The position numbers were made by a program, and so were the translations under genes. From contig JAZDLW010000018.1 of assembly GCA_043801595.1 (NCBI GenBank), positions 1 through 18,208 of the forward strand: 18,208 nucleotides of DNA. The letters are read 5' to 3'. Shown here piece after piece: positions 1 through 11,106 of this stretch. Source of the DNA: Candidatus Aenigmatarchaeota archaeon (GTDB lineage: Archaea > Aenigmatarchaeota > Aenigmatarchaeia > JACPZZ01). A model generated the notes under the pieces. The model was not told where the DNA came from and searched no databases. It saw only the letters and a list, made by a program, of their open reading frames with translations. The first letter of the stretch is position 1. Every line of letters begins with the position of its first letter.

Positions 1-33
1 ATTATATGTTTAATAAGACTTTCTCATTTTGAT

Positions 34-54
34 CAAACTTTTCAAAAAAGTTTG
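34..54 (-). terminator. 9-bp hairpin containing a T6 run immediately 3' of tRNA-Leu
   Basis: CAAACTTTT (34-42) / CAA / AAAAGTTTG (46-54). On the minus strand it reads CAAACTTTTTTGAAAAGTTTG directly after the tRNA discriminator base. Confidence 0.5.
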
Positions 55-140
55 TGCGGGAGGCCGGATTTGAACCGGCGAACTCACTAAGAGATAGGCT
101 CCTGAAGCCTACGCCTTTGACCGGGCTTGGCTACCCCCGC
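55..140 (-). tRNA. tRNA-Leu (anticodon CAG), intronless, CCA not encoded
   Basis: Reverse complement is GCGGGGGTAGCCAAGCCCGGTCAAAGGCGTAGGCTTCAGGAGCCTATCTCTTAGTGAGTTCGCCGGTTCAAATCCGGCCTCCCGCA. It has a 7-bp acceptor stem, anticodon arm TAGGC-TTCAGGA-GCCTA, a long variable arm, T arm GCCGG-TTCAAAT-CCGGC and discriminator A. Confidence 0.97.
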
Positions 141-179
141 ATGTTTTGATCGGTTCTTTAAGTTTGAGGGGTTTCCTGA

Positions 180-196
180 TATAAAAATCGCTTTTT
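180..196 (-). promoter_or_regulatory. Putative BRE/TATA promoter of tRNA-Leu
   Basis: Minus strand reads AAAAAGCGA-TTTTTATA, with the TATA box ending about 40 nt upstream of the mature tRNA 5' end. Confidence 0.5.
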
Positions 197-260
197 ACGA
201 TCATTTGTGCGCGTATTGCAACAACAGAAGTATTAAGTATTTAAAAAGCTTCAATAATAC

Positions 261-1787
261 ATGGACACGATAGCCGTTGTCGATTTCGGCGGCCAGTATT
301 CTCATCTTATATCGCGGCGCATACGCGAGAACGGCGTTTATTCAACAGTCGTAGACCCGGAAAACATAGCCATCCTTCTTAAAAGTACGCCGGACTTGAA
401 AGGCATAATATTGTCTGGTGGGGCGGCTTCCGTTTACGACGCGGGTGCGCCCAAGTGCGATGCTTCTATAACCAATTTCGGAGTTCCTGTGCTGGGGATA
501 TGTTACGGACATCAGTTGCTTGCGGTTCTATGTGGCGGCGATGTCAAACAAGGCGATTCAGGCGAATACGGTACCACGGAATTGCGCACTTTGGACGGAA
601 ACAAGCTTCTCGCAGGGTTTGGCAACAAAGAAATGGTATGGATGAACCATAAGGATATAGTTTGCGGGATGCCGGATGATTATAGCACAGTGGCGTCCAC
701 ATCCAACTCTCCTATAGCCGTTTTTGAAAACGTCAGTAAAAATGTATACGGCGTACAGTTCCACCCGGAGGTATCCCACACAACGAAAGGGGACGCCGTA
801 TTAAGGAATTTCATATTCCGGATTTGCAAGGCGGAAAAAAGTTGGGATGTTGAAAATATCGCCAACCGATTAGTAGACGGGGCCAAAGCCAGCATAGGCA
901 ATAAGAAGGCAATTGTGGCTTTGTCTGGCGGCATCGATTCATCGGTCGCTGCAATGTTGGTATCCAGGGCGATCGGAAAAAATTTAATCGCCGTTTACGT
1001 CGATACGGGTCTGATGCGGGCGAATGAAACTGACGCCATCATGAGCACTTTTTCTCGCTATGATTTGGACCTGAGAATCATGGACGGCCGCGAAAAGTTT
1101 TTTAGTGGGTTGAAAGGTGTAACAGACCCGGAAGAAAAAAGGAGGATAATCGGAAGGCTTTTTATCGAAATATTTACTGAGGTTGCAAAAAAAGAGGGCG
1201 CGGAATTTTTGGTGCAAGGTACGATATATTCCGATAGGATAGAAAGCGGGATAACAAAACATTCGGCAAATATAAAATCCCACCATAACGTTGGTGGGCT
1301 TCCAAAAGACATGGAATTAAAATTGCACGAGCCGTTGAAAGAATTTTACAAGGATGAAGTAAGAAAAATCGCAAAGAGCATCGGACTTCCGAACGAAATG
1401 ACAAGTAGGCACGTTTTTCCCGGCCCAGGCATGGCCATAAGGATCATAGGCGAGGTGACGCCTGAAAAGGCGGAGATAGTACGCAAGGCAAATACAATAG
1501 TCGAAGAGGAAATGAGAAAAGCGGAGCTTTACGATAAAGTTTGGATGGCTTTTGCGGTCTTGTTGCCTATAAAAACCGTGGGAATACAGGGCGATTCCAG
1601 GTCGTACAAATATCCGATCGCAATAAGAGTGATCGAGTCTGCGGACGCGATGACAGCGAATTTCGCTAAAATCCCTTATGAAGTTCTGGAAAAAATATCA
1701 ACGAGAATAACCAATGAAATATCCGAGGTAAACAGGGTCGTGTACGATATCTCGAACAAGCCTCCGGCAACAATGGAATGGGAATGA
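261..1787 (+). CDS. guaA: GMP synthase (glutamine-hydrolysing), fused GATase + ATP-pyrophosphatase, 508 aa
   Basis: DFGGQY, catalytic GICYG and QFHPE in the class I GATase domain; PP-loop SGGIDS, LVQGTIY, IKSHHNVGG, FPGPG and C-terminal KPPATMEWE. Confidence 0.98.
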   Translation: MDTIAVVDFGGQYSHLISRRIRENGVYSTVVDPENIAILLKSTPDLKGIILSGGAASVYDAGAPKCDASITNFGVPVLGICYGHQLLAVLCGGDVKQGDSGEYGTTELRTLDGNKLLAGFGNKEMVWMNHKDIVCGMPDDYSTVASTSNSPIAVFENVSKNVYGVQFHPEVSHTTKGDAVLRNFIFRICKAEKSWDVENIANRLVDGAKASIGNKKAIVALSGGIDSSVAAMLVSRAIGKNLIAVYVDTGLMRANETDAIMSTFSRYDLDLRIMDGREKFFSGLKGVTDPEEKRRIIGRLFIEIFTEVAKKEGAEFLVQGTIYSDRIESGITKHSANIKSHHNVGGLPKDMELKLHEPLKEFYKDEVRKIAKSIGLPNEMTSRHVFPGPGMAIRIIGEVTPEKAEIVRKANTIVEEEMRKAELYDKVWMAFAVLLPIKTVGIQGDSRSYKYPIAIRVIESADAMTANFAKIPYEVLEKISTRITNEISEVNRVVYDISNKPPATMEWE

Positions 1788-1790
1788 TAA

Positions 1791-2561
1791 TCATAATATC
1801 CGCGCTTCCACGCACCTTTTCCAGATCCTCGGAGCGTAAGGCAGGACTTTGCGCGATTCTGCTCTTACAACGACACGACCGAGTTTTTTCGCCTCTTTTT
1901 CGAGTAGTTCTTTGGCATAGTCCTCTTCGCCTTCCTTGCTTAGTGTGTAAAAATGGATCCATCCGCCTCTTTTCAGCGATTTTATCGCAATATCGAGAAA
2001 TTTATGTGCGCCTGACGGGAGCGGCATTATCACGCGGTCGAATTTTTCAATCATGTTTTCGCACACGTCTCTCACATCGCCTTTCAGCGGATAAACCGCA
2101 TTGTCAACGCGATTCAGGCGTACGTTTGTTCTCATATAATCGTACGCATCGCCGTTTATCTCAACAGCATAAACTTTCGTGTCAGGCCGCTTCTTGGCGA
2201 TCGCGATTGCGTACGCTCCTATCCCAGCAAACATCAGTAGGACGGTTTCATTATTTCCGACTTTATCCGATATTCTTTGTCGTTCTTCGCCCTCGCGCAT
2301 CGAGAAATAAACCTTGCCGACGTTTAACCTGTATGTCATCCCGTGCTCTTTGTGCGTCGTCTCGAGATTTTTTTCGCCCGCAATGATTTCCAATTCGTTT
2401 AATCTGTACGTTCCGATGCGTCCGGAATTCTTCTTAACAACGGTCCTGATGTTTTTGTTGTTTTCCATTACCTGTTTTGCGATTTCCGTTCCATCCGCCC
2501 CTTCCGGAATCTCGACTATCGCGATATTGCCTATGACGTCATAGCTGTTTATCGTGCGCAT
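1791..2561 (-). CDS. Trm5/TYW2-family SAM-dependent tRNA methyltransferase lacking the N-terminal D1 domain, 256 aa
   Basis: SYDVIGNIAI, KEHG..Y..VYFS.R..ER, SAM motif MFAGIGAYAI, AVEIN, GD, DRVIMPLP, IHFY. Subfamily (Trm5a/b/c or Taw2) not resolvable by eye. Confidence 0.88.
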   Translation of the reverse strand: MRTINSYDVIGNIAIVEIPEGADGTEIAKQVMENNKNIRTVVKKNSGRIGTYRLNELEIIAGEKNLETTHKEHGMTYRLNVGKVYFSMREGEERQRISDKVGNNETVLLMFAGIGAYAIAIAKKRPDTKVYAVEINGDAYDYMRTNVRLNRVDNAVYPLKGDVRDVCENMIEKFDRVIMPLPSGAHKFLDIAIKSLKRGGWIHFYTLSKEGEEDYAKELLEKEAKKLGRVVVRAESRKVLPYAPRIWKRCVEARIL

Positions 2562-2594
2562 CTTATTTAATTAAGATGCGATCAATTTAAGATA

Positions 2595-2960
2595 ATGACA
2601 ACAGTCCGAAGGAAAGGCAAAAAACTCATAATCGCGGAGGATGCGCACGGAATTATCGGCAAAGCCGTAGGGTTGATGGGGCGGCGAAGTCTCGATAAAA
2701 ACAAAGGGATGTTATTCCGTTTCCCGTTCGAACACAATTGGTCGATGTGGATGTTCGGCATGCGTTTTCCGCTTGATTTTATATTCGTTGATAAAAACAT
2801 GATGGTCGTCCATATCGAAAAAACGGCAAAGCCGTTTTCTTCGGATCCGAAAACATGGAAAACCGTTTCATCTCCGGAAAAATTCAGGTATGTTATCGAA
2901 ATTAATGCCGGTGAGGCTGTTAGGAAAAGGATAAAAGCAGGCGATGTGTTAAGCTTCTAA
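2595..2960 (+). CDS. DUF192 family protein, 121 aa
   Basis: GLMGR, GMLF.F, MWMFGMRFPLDFIF.D, YVIEINAG and GD motifs typical of DUF192. Confidence 0.9.
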   Translation: MTTVRRKGKKLIIAEDAHGIIGKAVGLMGRRSLDKNKGMLFRFPFEHNWSMWMFGMRFPLDFIFVDKNMMVVHIEKTAKPFSSDPKTWKTVSSPEKFRYVIEINAGEAVRKRIKAGDVLSF

Positions 2961-2971
2961 AGTGATCTGAA

Positions 2972-3847
2972 ATGGATGTTAAAATCTTCGAAAACTACAC
3001 GAAATCCGGAAGGATTTTAAAGGATATTTTCGAAGCCTTGGTTATAAAGCCCGGAGACAAATTGCTCGACATCGCGGATACGGTGGAAAATGAGATCATG
3101 AGAAAAGGTGCGATGCCCGCGTTCCCCGCAAACATATCTTTGAACGAAATCGCGGCGCATTACACGCCAACACCCGGCGACGAGGCCGTTGTCAAGGAAG
3201 GCGATCTTGTAAAGGTGGATCTGGGCGCTCATATTGACGGTTACATAGCCGATTCCGCAGCCACTTTCTGTTCTGAAAAAAGCGATATGATTGTTGCGGT
3301 TCGCAATGCCGTGGACGCAGCGACAAAAATGATGAAGCCGGGCATCAAGGTCAAGGACGTTTCCGACGCTATAGAGAGTGAGATCGAATCGAAAGGTTTC
3401 AGGCCGGTTAACAATTTAACGGGTCACAGTCTCGACAAATTCATTTTTCACGGTCCTGTCGCAATACCGAATGTAAGAAACGATATAGACTACGAATTCA
3501 AAATTGATGACGTTTTCGCAGTCGAACCTTTTGCAACAGACGGCGCGGGCTCTGTAAAAGACAGTGAAAAGGTTTACATTTTCCGTTATTTCAAAGATCA
3601 CAACACCCGGTTGCAGGAAGGCCGGCAAGTCTTAACGCTGGCAAAAAGCGATTTTTCATCGCTTCCGTTCTGCGAGCGCTGGATAAAGGGTATAACAAGG
3701 ATAAAGTTCGATATCGCTGTCAAACAACTTGTTGCAGCTGGTGCAATAGAAGCGTATCCGGTATTAAGAGAAGTCAACAAAGGTCGCGTGGCGCAGGCCG
3801 AACATACGGTAATAATACGCGACAAGCCTGTTGTGACTACGCAATAA
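2972..3847 (+). CDS. map: Methionine aminopeptidase type II (archaeal), 291 aa
   Basis: AFP.NIS.NE.AAHYTP, KVDLGAHIDGYIADSA, NLTGH, AVEPFAT, the type II helical insert, and VAQAEHTV. RBS-like GTGA upstream. Confidence 0.97.
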   Translation: MDVKIFENYTKSGRILKDIFEALVIKPGDKLLDIADTVENEIMRKGAMPAFPANISLNEIAAHYTPTPGDEAVVKEGDLVKVDLGAHIDGYIADSAATFCSEKSDMIVAVRNAVDAATKMMKPGIKVKDVSDAIESEIESKGFRPVNNLTGHSLDKFIFHGPVAIPNVRNDIDYEFKIDDVFAVEPFATDGAGSVKDSEKVYIFRYFKDHNTRLQEGRQVLTLAKSDFSSLPFCERWIKGITRIKFDIAVKQLVAAGAIEAYPVLREVNKGRVAQAEHTVIIRDKPVVTTQ

Positions 3848-3967
3848 CCGTTGTTGCATCCGGATGGAAAACAGCCGAAATCGCTTGAATAAGTCGACGG
3901 TTGACACCGTTTAACTGACGGATTTAAATTTGTCATAATGTAATTTTCTCCAGACTGGTGAAGCTAT

Positions 3968-4531
3968 ATGACAGGATTAATCGTGTTAAAGGGATCCGAA
4001 TGGATGAAGCAGCTGCTGGATGGCGAACGGGACTTCAGCCGCGTAAAGATCGTTGGCGGAAACATGGTCCTTGATTACATGAAAGAGATTAACAGATACC
4101 TTTCTGCCGCAAACTTGGAAAAAGAGCCGTTAATCTTTGACCGCGCCGACATATCCGGCGTTCACGCTCCGGCAATTTACGCTCCGTTCACGAGATTAAG
4201 GGGTGTACGTGCTCCGTATGCCAATTTTGCAAGTGCGTATATGGAACACTCTGATTTCGGTCCTTACGTCAATGCGAACGGCTCGGAAACGTGCAGCATT
4301 CTATGGTCCGCGACATTGGACAATGCCAACATGGAACACTCGATATTCAGAAAAGCCCGTTTAAAGAATGCCAGCGTTAAGAAAACCAATTTTTCCCACG
4401 CCGATCTTTACGGTGTTACAGACTGGGAAACAATGAAAATGCTTGGAACCGTGAACGATTTCGATGTTAAAGTCGATGAGTACGGTCATGACATGCTTGC
4501 CAGGGCAAAAGCGCACAAGATTTTGGTCTAA
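3968..4531 (+). CDS. Pentapeptide-repeat protein, 187 aa
   Basis: GERDFS N-terminal cap, then five-residue repeats ADISG ... ANFAS AYMEH SDFGP and ATLDN ANMEH SIFRK ARLKN ASVKK TNFSH ADLYG. RBS GGTGA upstream. Confidence 0.85.
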   Translation: MTGLIVLKGSEWMKQLLDGERDFSRVKIVGGNMVLDYMKEINRYLSAANLEKEPLIFDRADISGVHAPAIYAPFTRLRGVRAPYANFASAYMEHSDFGPYVNANGSETCSILWSATLDNANMEHSIFRKARLKNASVKKTNFSHADLYGVTDWETMKMLGTVNDFDVKVDEYGHDMLARAKAHKILV

Positions 4532-4567
4532 TTTAACGTATTTAAGAATATTTCGAGGTCTATTCTT

Positions 4568-5287
4568 ATGACAAAATTGCTGCGTTATTCCGTGTACCTG
4601 TTTGATGCAGACGGTCCGCTGATCAATTCCGTCGACGCAGCACTCGCAACAACGAATCGTGTGCTGGAAAGTTTTGATCTTGAACAGCTGAACCTCGAAA
4701 CATGGCGGGCGACTCCAAAATCGCCTTGGAAAAGGTTTTATACCGATCACGGCGTGCCAAAAAAAGAAGTGGATGAAGCGCTCAGGCGTTACGTCGCATT
4801 TTTTGGCGAGGTCACCCACACAGCCGCAAAACCGGAAGAAGTGGAGGAAACGCTGATGTTTTTGAGGTCCAGAAATATTGGCGTTGTAACCGACATGCAC
4901 CGCATAGACTGGGATAATTATTGCAACCGTTTTGGATTTGACAAGTACATACACACTGAAGCGGTCATAACATGCGATGATTGCGACGAAAGGAAACCGT
5001 CGCCAAAGCCGCTCTATCTTGCAATGGAGCGATTGGGTGTGTCTAAAAAAAAGATACGTGAGCACAAAGTGCGCGGAATAATGATCGGTGATTCCCCTGT
5101 CGATATAATCGCGGGCAGGGCCGCGGGTTTGGATACAGCTGCGGTGTATTATCATGGGAGTTATAACAACGAAGAGCGTTTGCTTGCGCAAAAGCCCACA
5201 TACATGATCGAACGTATCAGTATAATTGCTGACAGGCAGGCTTTCCGGACAAAACGGGTCAGGGAAAACCCTAGTATACTCGGGTAA
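4568..5287 (+). CDS. HAD-superfamily phosphatase (subfamily IA, Gph/PpaX-like), 239 aa
   Basis: Motif I FDADGPL, motif II VVT, motif III KPSP, motif IV IGDSPVDI, C-terminal KPTYMI. Confidence 0.92.
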   Translation: MTKLLRYSVYLFDADGPLINSVDAALATTNRVLESFDLEQLNLETWRATPKSPWKRFYTDHGVPKKEVDEALRRYVAFFGEVTHTAAKPEEVEETLMFLRSRNIGVVTDMHRIDWDNYCNRFGFDKYIHTEAVITCDDCDERKPSPKPLYLAMERLGVSKKKIREHKVRGIMIGDSPVDIIAGRAAGLDTAAVYYHGSYNNEERLLAQKPTYMIERISIIADRQAFRTKRVRENPSILG

Positions 5288-5302
5288 AAATCGCGAAAAG
5301 GC

Positions 5303-6229
5303 TCATTTCTTGTTTATCAATTCCAGTAAATTCTTCTTCACAGCAGGCAGATTCGCGGCAACGGCAGCTGTAATGTTTCCTGTTCCAGTTTCTGCGGTTG
5401 TCAGGCCTGTTTCGTCTATGCACACGTCCATTTTGCGGAATTCATACAATTCGGGAAACAAAACCGTGCCAAGCGTTACCGGATCATACATGAGCGTTTC
5501 CACTTTTATTCCCAGCGGCTCAAGGTTGCGTTTATTGTGTGTGTATCTCGCTTTCACCATACTCAAAATGGTTTTTTGCGCTGCAGATCCGTCGGCAAGT
5601 TGCTCGAAATCTTCCAGTGTAAACAGGTCCCTTGACCAGAGGTTTTTTCCGATCATTTTTATTCCGACTCCCGATCCCAAAACCTCTCTTGCGGCTTGGG
5701 GATCGCATTCGAAATTATACTCCGGCATAAGCGCTTCGTTGTAGTGCATCGTGGTTTTTTGCGAATAGCCGCCGACATGGCCGCCCATCATGTATACCGA
5801 TTTTATTAATTTTGGATCCACGCTGTGCAAAACTGTTGTCAGGACAGTCAGGGGTGCGATCGACAATATCGAGATATCGCCCGGATTCGTTTTAATGGTG
5901 TGCACCATGAATTCCTCCCCGTCCGGATTTATTCCGAACTCCTTGTCCGTTGCTTTAAGTTCCGAATCGGTCAGGAATCCGTACGCGGCCTCATGCATAT
6001 GATAGGGCGAGTGCGGTCTTGCTTTCGAATGGTTTCCGTAAAACACCGGTATGTCGTTCTTGTCCATTATGTCAAGAAGTTTTCTTGCGCCCTTTGCCCT
6101 TGTTTTTGCATTGCCATAAGTGGTAATCACGCCTTCGCATTGCAATCGCGGGTCTTTAAGCATGTACAATGCAACCATATCGTCGCAGTCGTTCAAGGGA
6201 TCGGTTACGACTAAAAGGCGTTCTGGCAT
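5303..6229 (-). CDS. Nucleoside hydrolase (IU-NH family), divergent active site, 308 aa
   Basis: TDPLNDCDD Asp cluster, TTYGN, APLT, YMMGG, EYNFECDP.AA, YDP, and C-terminal G.T motif. Confidence 0.9.
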   Translation of the reverse strand: MPERLLVVTDPLNDCDDMVALYMLKDPRLQCEGVITTYGNAKTRAKGARKLLDIMDKNDIPVFYGNHSKARPHSPYHMHEAAYGFLTDSELKATDKEFGINPDGEEFMVHTIKTNPGDISILSIAPLTVLTTVLHSVDPKLIKSVYMMGGHVGGYSQKTTMHYNEALMPEYNFECDPQAAREVLGSGVGIKMIGKNLWSRDLFTLEDFEQLADGSAAQKTILSMVKARYTHNKRNLEPLGIKVETLMYDPVTLGTVLFPELYEFRKMDVCIDETGLTTAETGTGNITAAVAANLPAVKKNLLELINKK

Positions 6230-6250
6230 AAATCCTATAGATTAAAAACA

Positions 6251-6277
6251 GATAAAAGCCTTTTATGCATTTTTATC
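6251..6277. promoter_or_regulatory. Back-to-back TATA boxes of the nucleoside hydrolase (-) and second HAD (+) genes
   Basis: Minus-strand TTTTATC (6251-6257) starts 28 nt before ATG 6229. Plus-strand TTTTTATC (6270-6277) starts 29 nt before ATG 6299. Confidence 0.5.
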
Positions 6278-6298
6278 CTTTGCCTTACTTCTATTCTC

Positions 6299-6949
6299 AT
6301 GAAAAGACTGTGCTATCTGCTTGATTTTGACGGTACTGTCCGCGACGATCTTGTTCCGGTTTATCTTACTGTGAAGGATGTTTTCCGGGCATTTGGTAGA
6401 AATCCGCCTTCCTTTTCTGATTATCGCAGCATGATAAGTTCCGACTACTGGGCTTTTTACCTGAAAAACGGATTCAATGAAAACGAGAGGGCGGATGTGG
6501 ACAGGTTATTTGATAGCGTTTTCTTTTCAGAGTACTGGAAAAACGCCAAACTGTTTCCGGATGCATTGCCGACCATTAACGGACTTAGGCGCAGGGGCAG
6601 GCTGGTCGGCATAGTTTCTAATTTGAAGGCGGCAACACTCGAACAACATTTGGCTGAGTACGGCCTTAAAAACTCGATCGATGTAGTGGTAGCCAGGGAG
6701 GACACGCAAAATACAAAACCGGATCCCGATCCTGTGATCTACGGTTTTGGCAGGTTGGGCGTGAAAACATCCGAAGGTAGTTATACCGGCGACGAAGTTT
6801 CCGACATTTGTGCCGCTCATTCTGCGGGCACATTTGCGATTTCGGTGGCCAGAAAAGGAAGTCATCATACCAGAAGGATGTTGAAAAGTGCAAAGCCGGA
6901 TAAAATAATCGGAAGTCTAAGCGAATTGCTGGAGTTTGACCTGGAGTAA
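6299..6949 (+). CDS. HAD-superfamily phosphatase (subfamily IA), 216 aa
   Basis: LDFDGT, LFPD, IVSN, KPDPDP, TGDEVSDI, KPD.II.SLSEL. Confidence 0.93.
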   Translation: MKRLCYLLDFDGTVRDDLVPVYLTVKDVFRAFGRNPPSFSDYRSMISSDYWAFYLKNGFNENERADVDRLFDSVFFSEYWKNAKLFPDALPTINGLRRRGRLVGIVSNLKAATLEQHLAEYGLKNSIDVVVAREDTQNTKPDPDPVIYGFGRLGVKTSEGSYTGDEVSDICAAHSAGTFAISVARKGSHHTRRMLKSAKPDKIIGSLSELLEFDLE

Positions 6950-7909
6950 ATATTTTTTCGGGTCTATGTTTTCAACGCGAAGGTTGGCAAATTTGTTTCC
7001 CTCCTCCGCGCATACGTGCACGTTTTTTCCTTTCAGGTATGCGTTTAGAAATCCAGCGGCAAAAGCGTCGCCCGCGCCCAGCGTGCTGACGATTTTTTTG
7101 TTTTCCGCAGGCAGCAAAAATCCTTCCTTTTTGGTCTTGACATAACAGCCCTGTTTTCCAAGCGTTATGCAAATCACTTTCGGTCTGAACTCGTCCAAAA
7201 TCTTTTTGGAGGCTTTTTCGCGGTTCTTATAGCCGGACAGCAGGTATTTTTCGTTTTTGTTTATGAAAATTATATCCGACGAGGACAAAAGTTCCGTTAT
7301 AAGCTTTCCATTTTCGGAATTTTTGTCCTGTGCAATCACCTCTGCGTAAAGCCTGCCTGGCGAAACGCTGACGATTGCGCCGGCTTTTTTTGCTTCCTTT
7401 GCCAGTGCAACCTGCGTTTTAAGAGAATCCGGCGATTTAAATGAGGCGAACGGCGACGAGTGAAAAAGTTTGCACGACCTCGCGGTTTTTATTAATTTGT
7501 CGTTGATTTTTATGTCATCGCTGACCCCTTCTTTGAAAAGTACCGAGTATTTTCCGTCCTCGTGTAAAATTATTCCGCAGCTCCCTGTCTGTCCGTCAAT
7601 TTTCGTAATGATCAGTTCGATTTTATGATCCTTCAGGCTATCTTCCATGAATTTTCCGGTTTCATCGTTTCCCAGTTCTCCGATAAATGAGCAGTTCCAT
7701 CCTCTTGCGGACAAATCCGTTATCGTGTTCGCGGCCGAGCCTCCAGCGCGTTTCAATTCAAAATTAAGGAAAGGCAGGTAATTTTCGAACTGCTCGACAT
7801 GCATGCGGCTTTCTTTTTCTATGAGCATCATCAGTTCGTTTTCTATGCCCGGTTTTATTGTGTAAATGACATCCTCGTTGAGTGCGCCAATTCCTACGAT
7901 GTCTGCCAT
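6917..7909 (-). CDS. PfkB/ribokinase-family carbohydrate or nucleoside kinase, about 330 aa
   Basis: IG...ED, GGSAANT, G.LGNDETG, INKNE, ITLGKQG, and anion hole STLGAGDAFAAGF. Start placed at ATG 7909 rather than TTG 7924 because of TATA spacing. The 3' end overlaps the HAD gene by 33 nt. Confidence 0.93.
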   Translation of the reverse strand: MADIVGIGALNEDVIYTIKPGIENELMMLIEKESRMHVEQFENYLPFLNFELKRAGGSAANTITDLSARGWNCSFIGELGNDETGKFMEDSLKDHKIELIITKIDGQTGSCGIILHEDGKYSVLFKEGVSDDIKINDKLIKTARSCKLFHSSPFASFKSPDSLKTQVALAKEAKKAGAIVSVSPGRLYAEVIAQDKNSENGKLITELLSSSDIIFINKNEKYLLSGYKNREKASKKILDEFRPKVICITLGKQGCYVKTKKEGFLLPAENKKIVSTLGAGDAFAAGFLNAYLKGKNVHVCAEEGNKFANLRVENIDPKKYLLQVKLQQFA

Positions 7910-7930
7910 GAAATTACACTCCAAAACCTG

Positions 7931-7974
7931 ATTTAAAAGCGCTTTCCGGCAGCCATTTCGATCGGGTTTAAATA
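7931..7974. promoter_or_regulatory. Divergent TATA boxes of pfkB (-) and third HAD (+) genes
   Basis: Minus-strand GAAAGCGC-TTTTAAAT (TATA at 7931-7938) starts 29 nt before ATG 7909. Plus-strand TTTAAATA (7967-7974) starts 29 nt before ATG 7996. Confidence 0.6.
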
Positions 7975-7995
7975 TCTAACATTGATTCGCTATGC

Positions 7996-11081
<3,086 letters not shown>

Positions 11082-11106
11082 TTAAATTCTCCTTCTATCA
11101 TATTTC

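Noticed and set aside
55..140. tRNA as an integration site of an island
   Set aside because: No integrase and no duplicated tRNA 3' end seen. Any element would lie left of the window, and the genes to the right are housekeeping.
1778..2386. 202-aa plus-strand ORF, and similar ORFs at 5226-5744, 9523-9888 and 9913-10431
   Set aside because: Antisense shadows of trm5, the nucleoside hydrolase and cdc48, with unnatural Ser/Arg-rich composition.
3897..3910. Short hairpin ACGGT-TGAC-ACCGT, and palindrome CATCCGGATG after map
   Set aside because: 5-bp arms are within chance expectation.
4240..4341. Direct repeat ATGGAACACTC occurring twice
   Set aside because: It encodes the repeated MEHS of the pentapeptide protein and is not an independent DNA element.
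4361..5191. 276-aa minus-strand ORF
   Set aside because: It is antisense to the well-supported HAD and pentapeptide genes and has no motifs; treated as a shadow ORF.
6252..6266. Palindrome ATAAAAG-C-CTTTTAT, and similar AAAGCGCTTT at 7936-7945, as a shared cluster operator
   Set aside because: Adequately explained by the A-rich BRE plus T-rich TATA architecture, which is also seen at the tRNA promoter.
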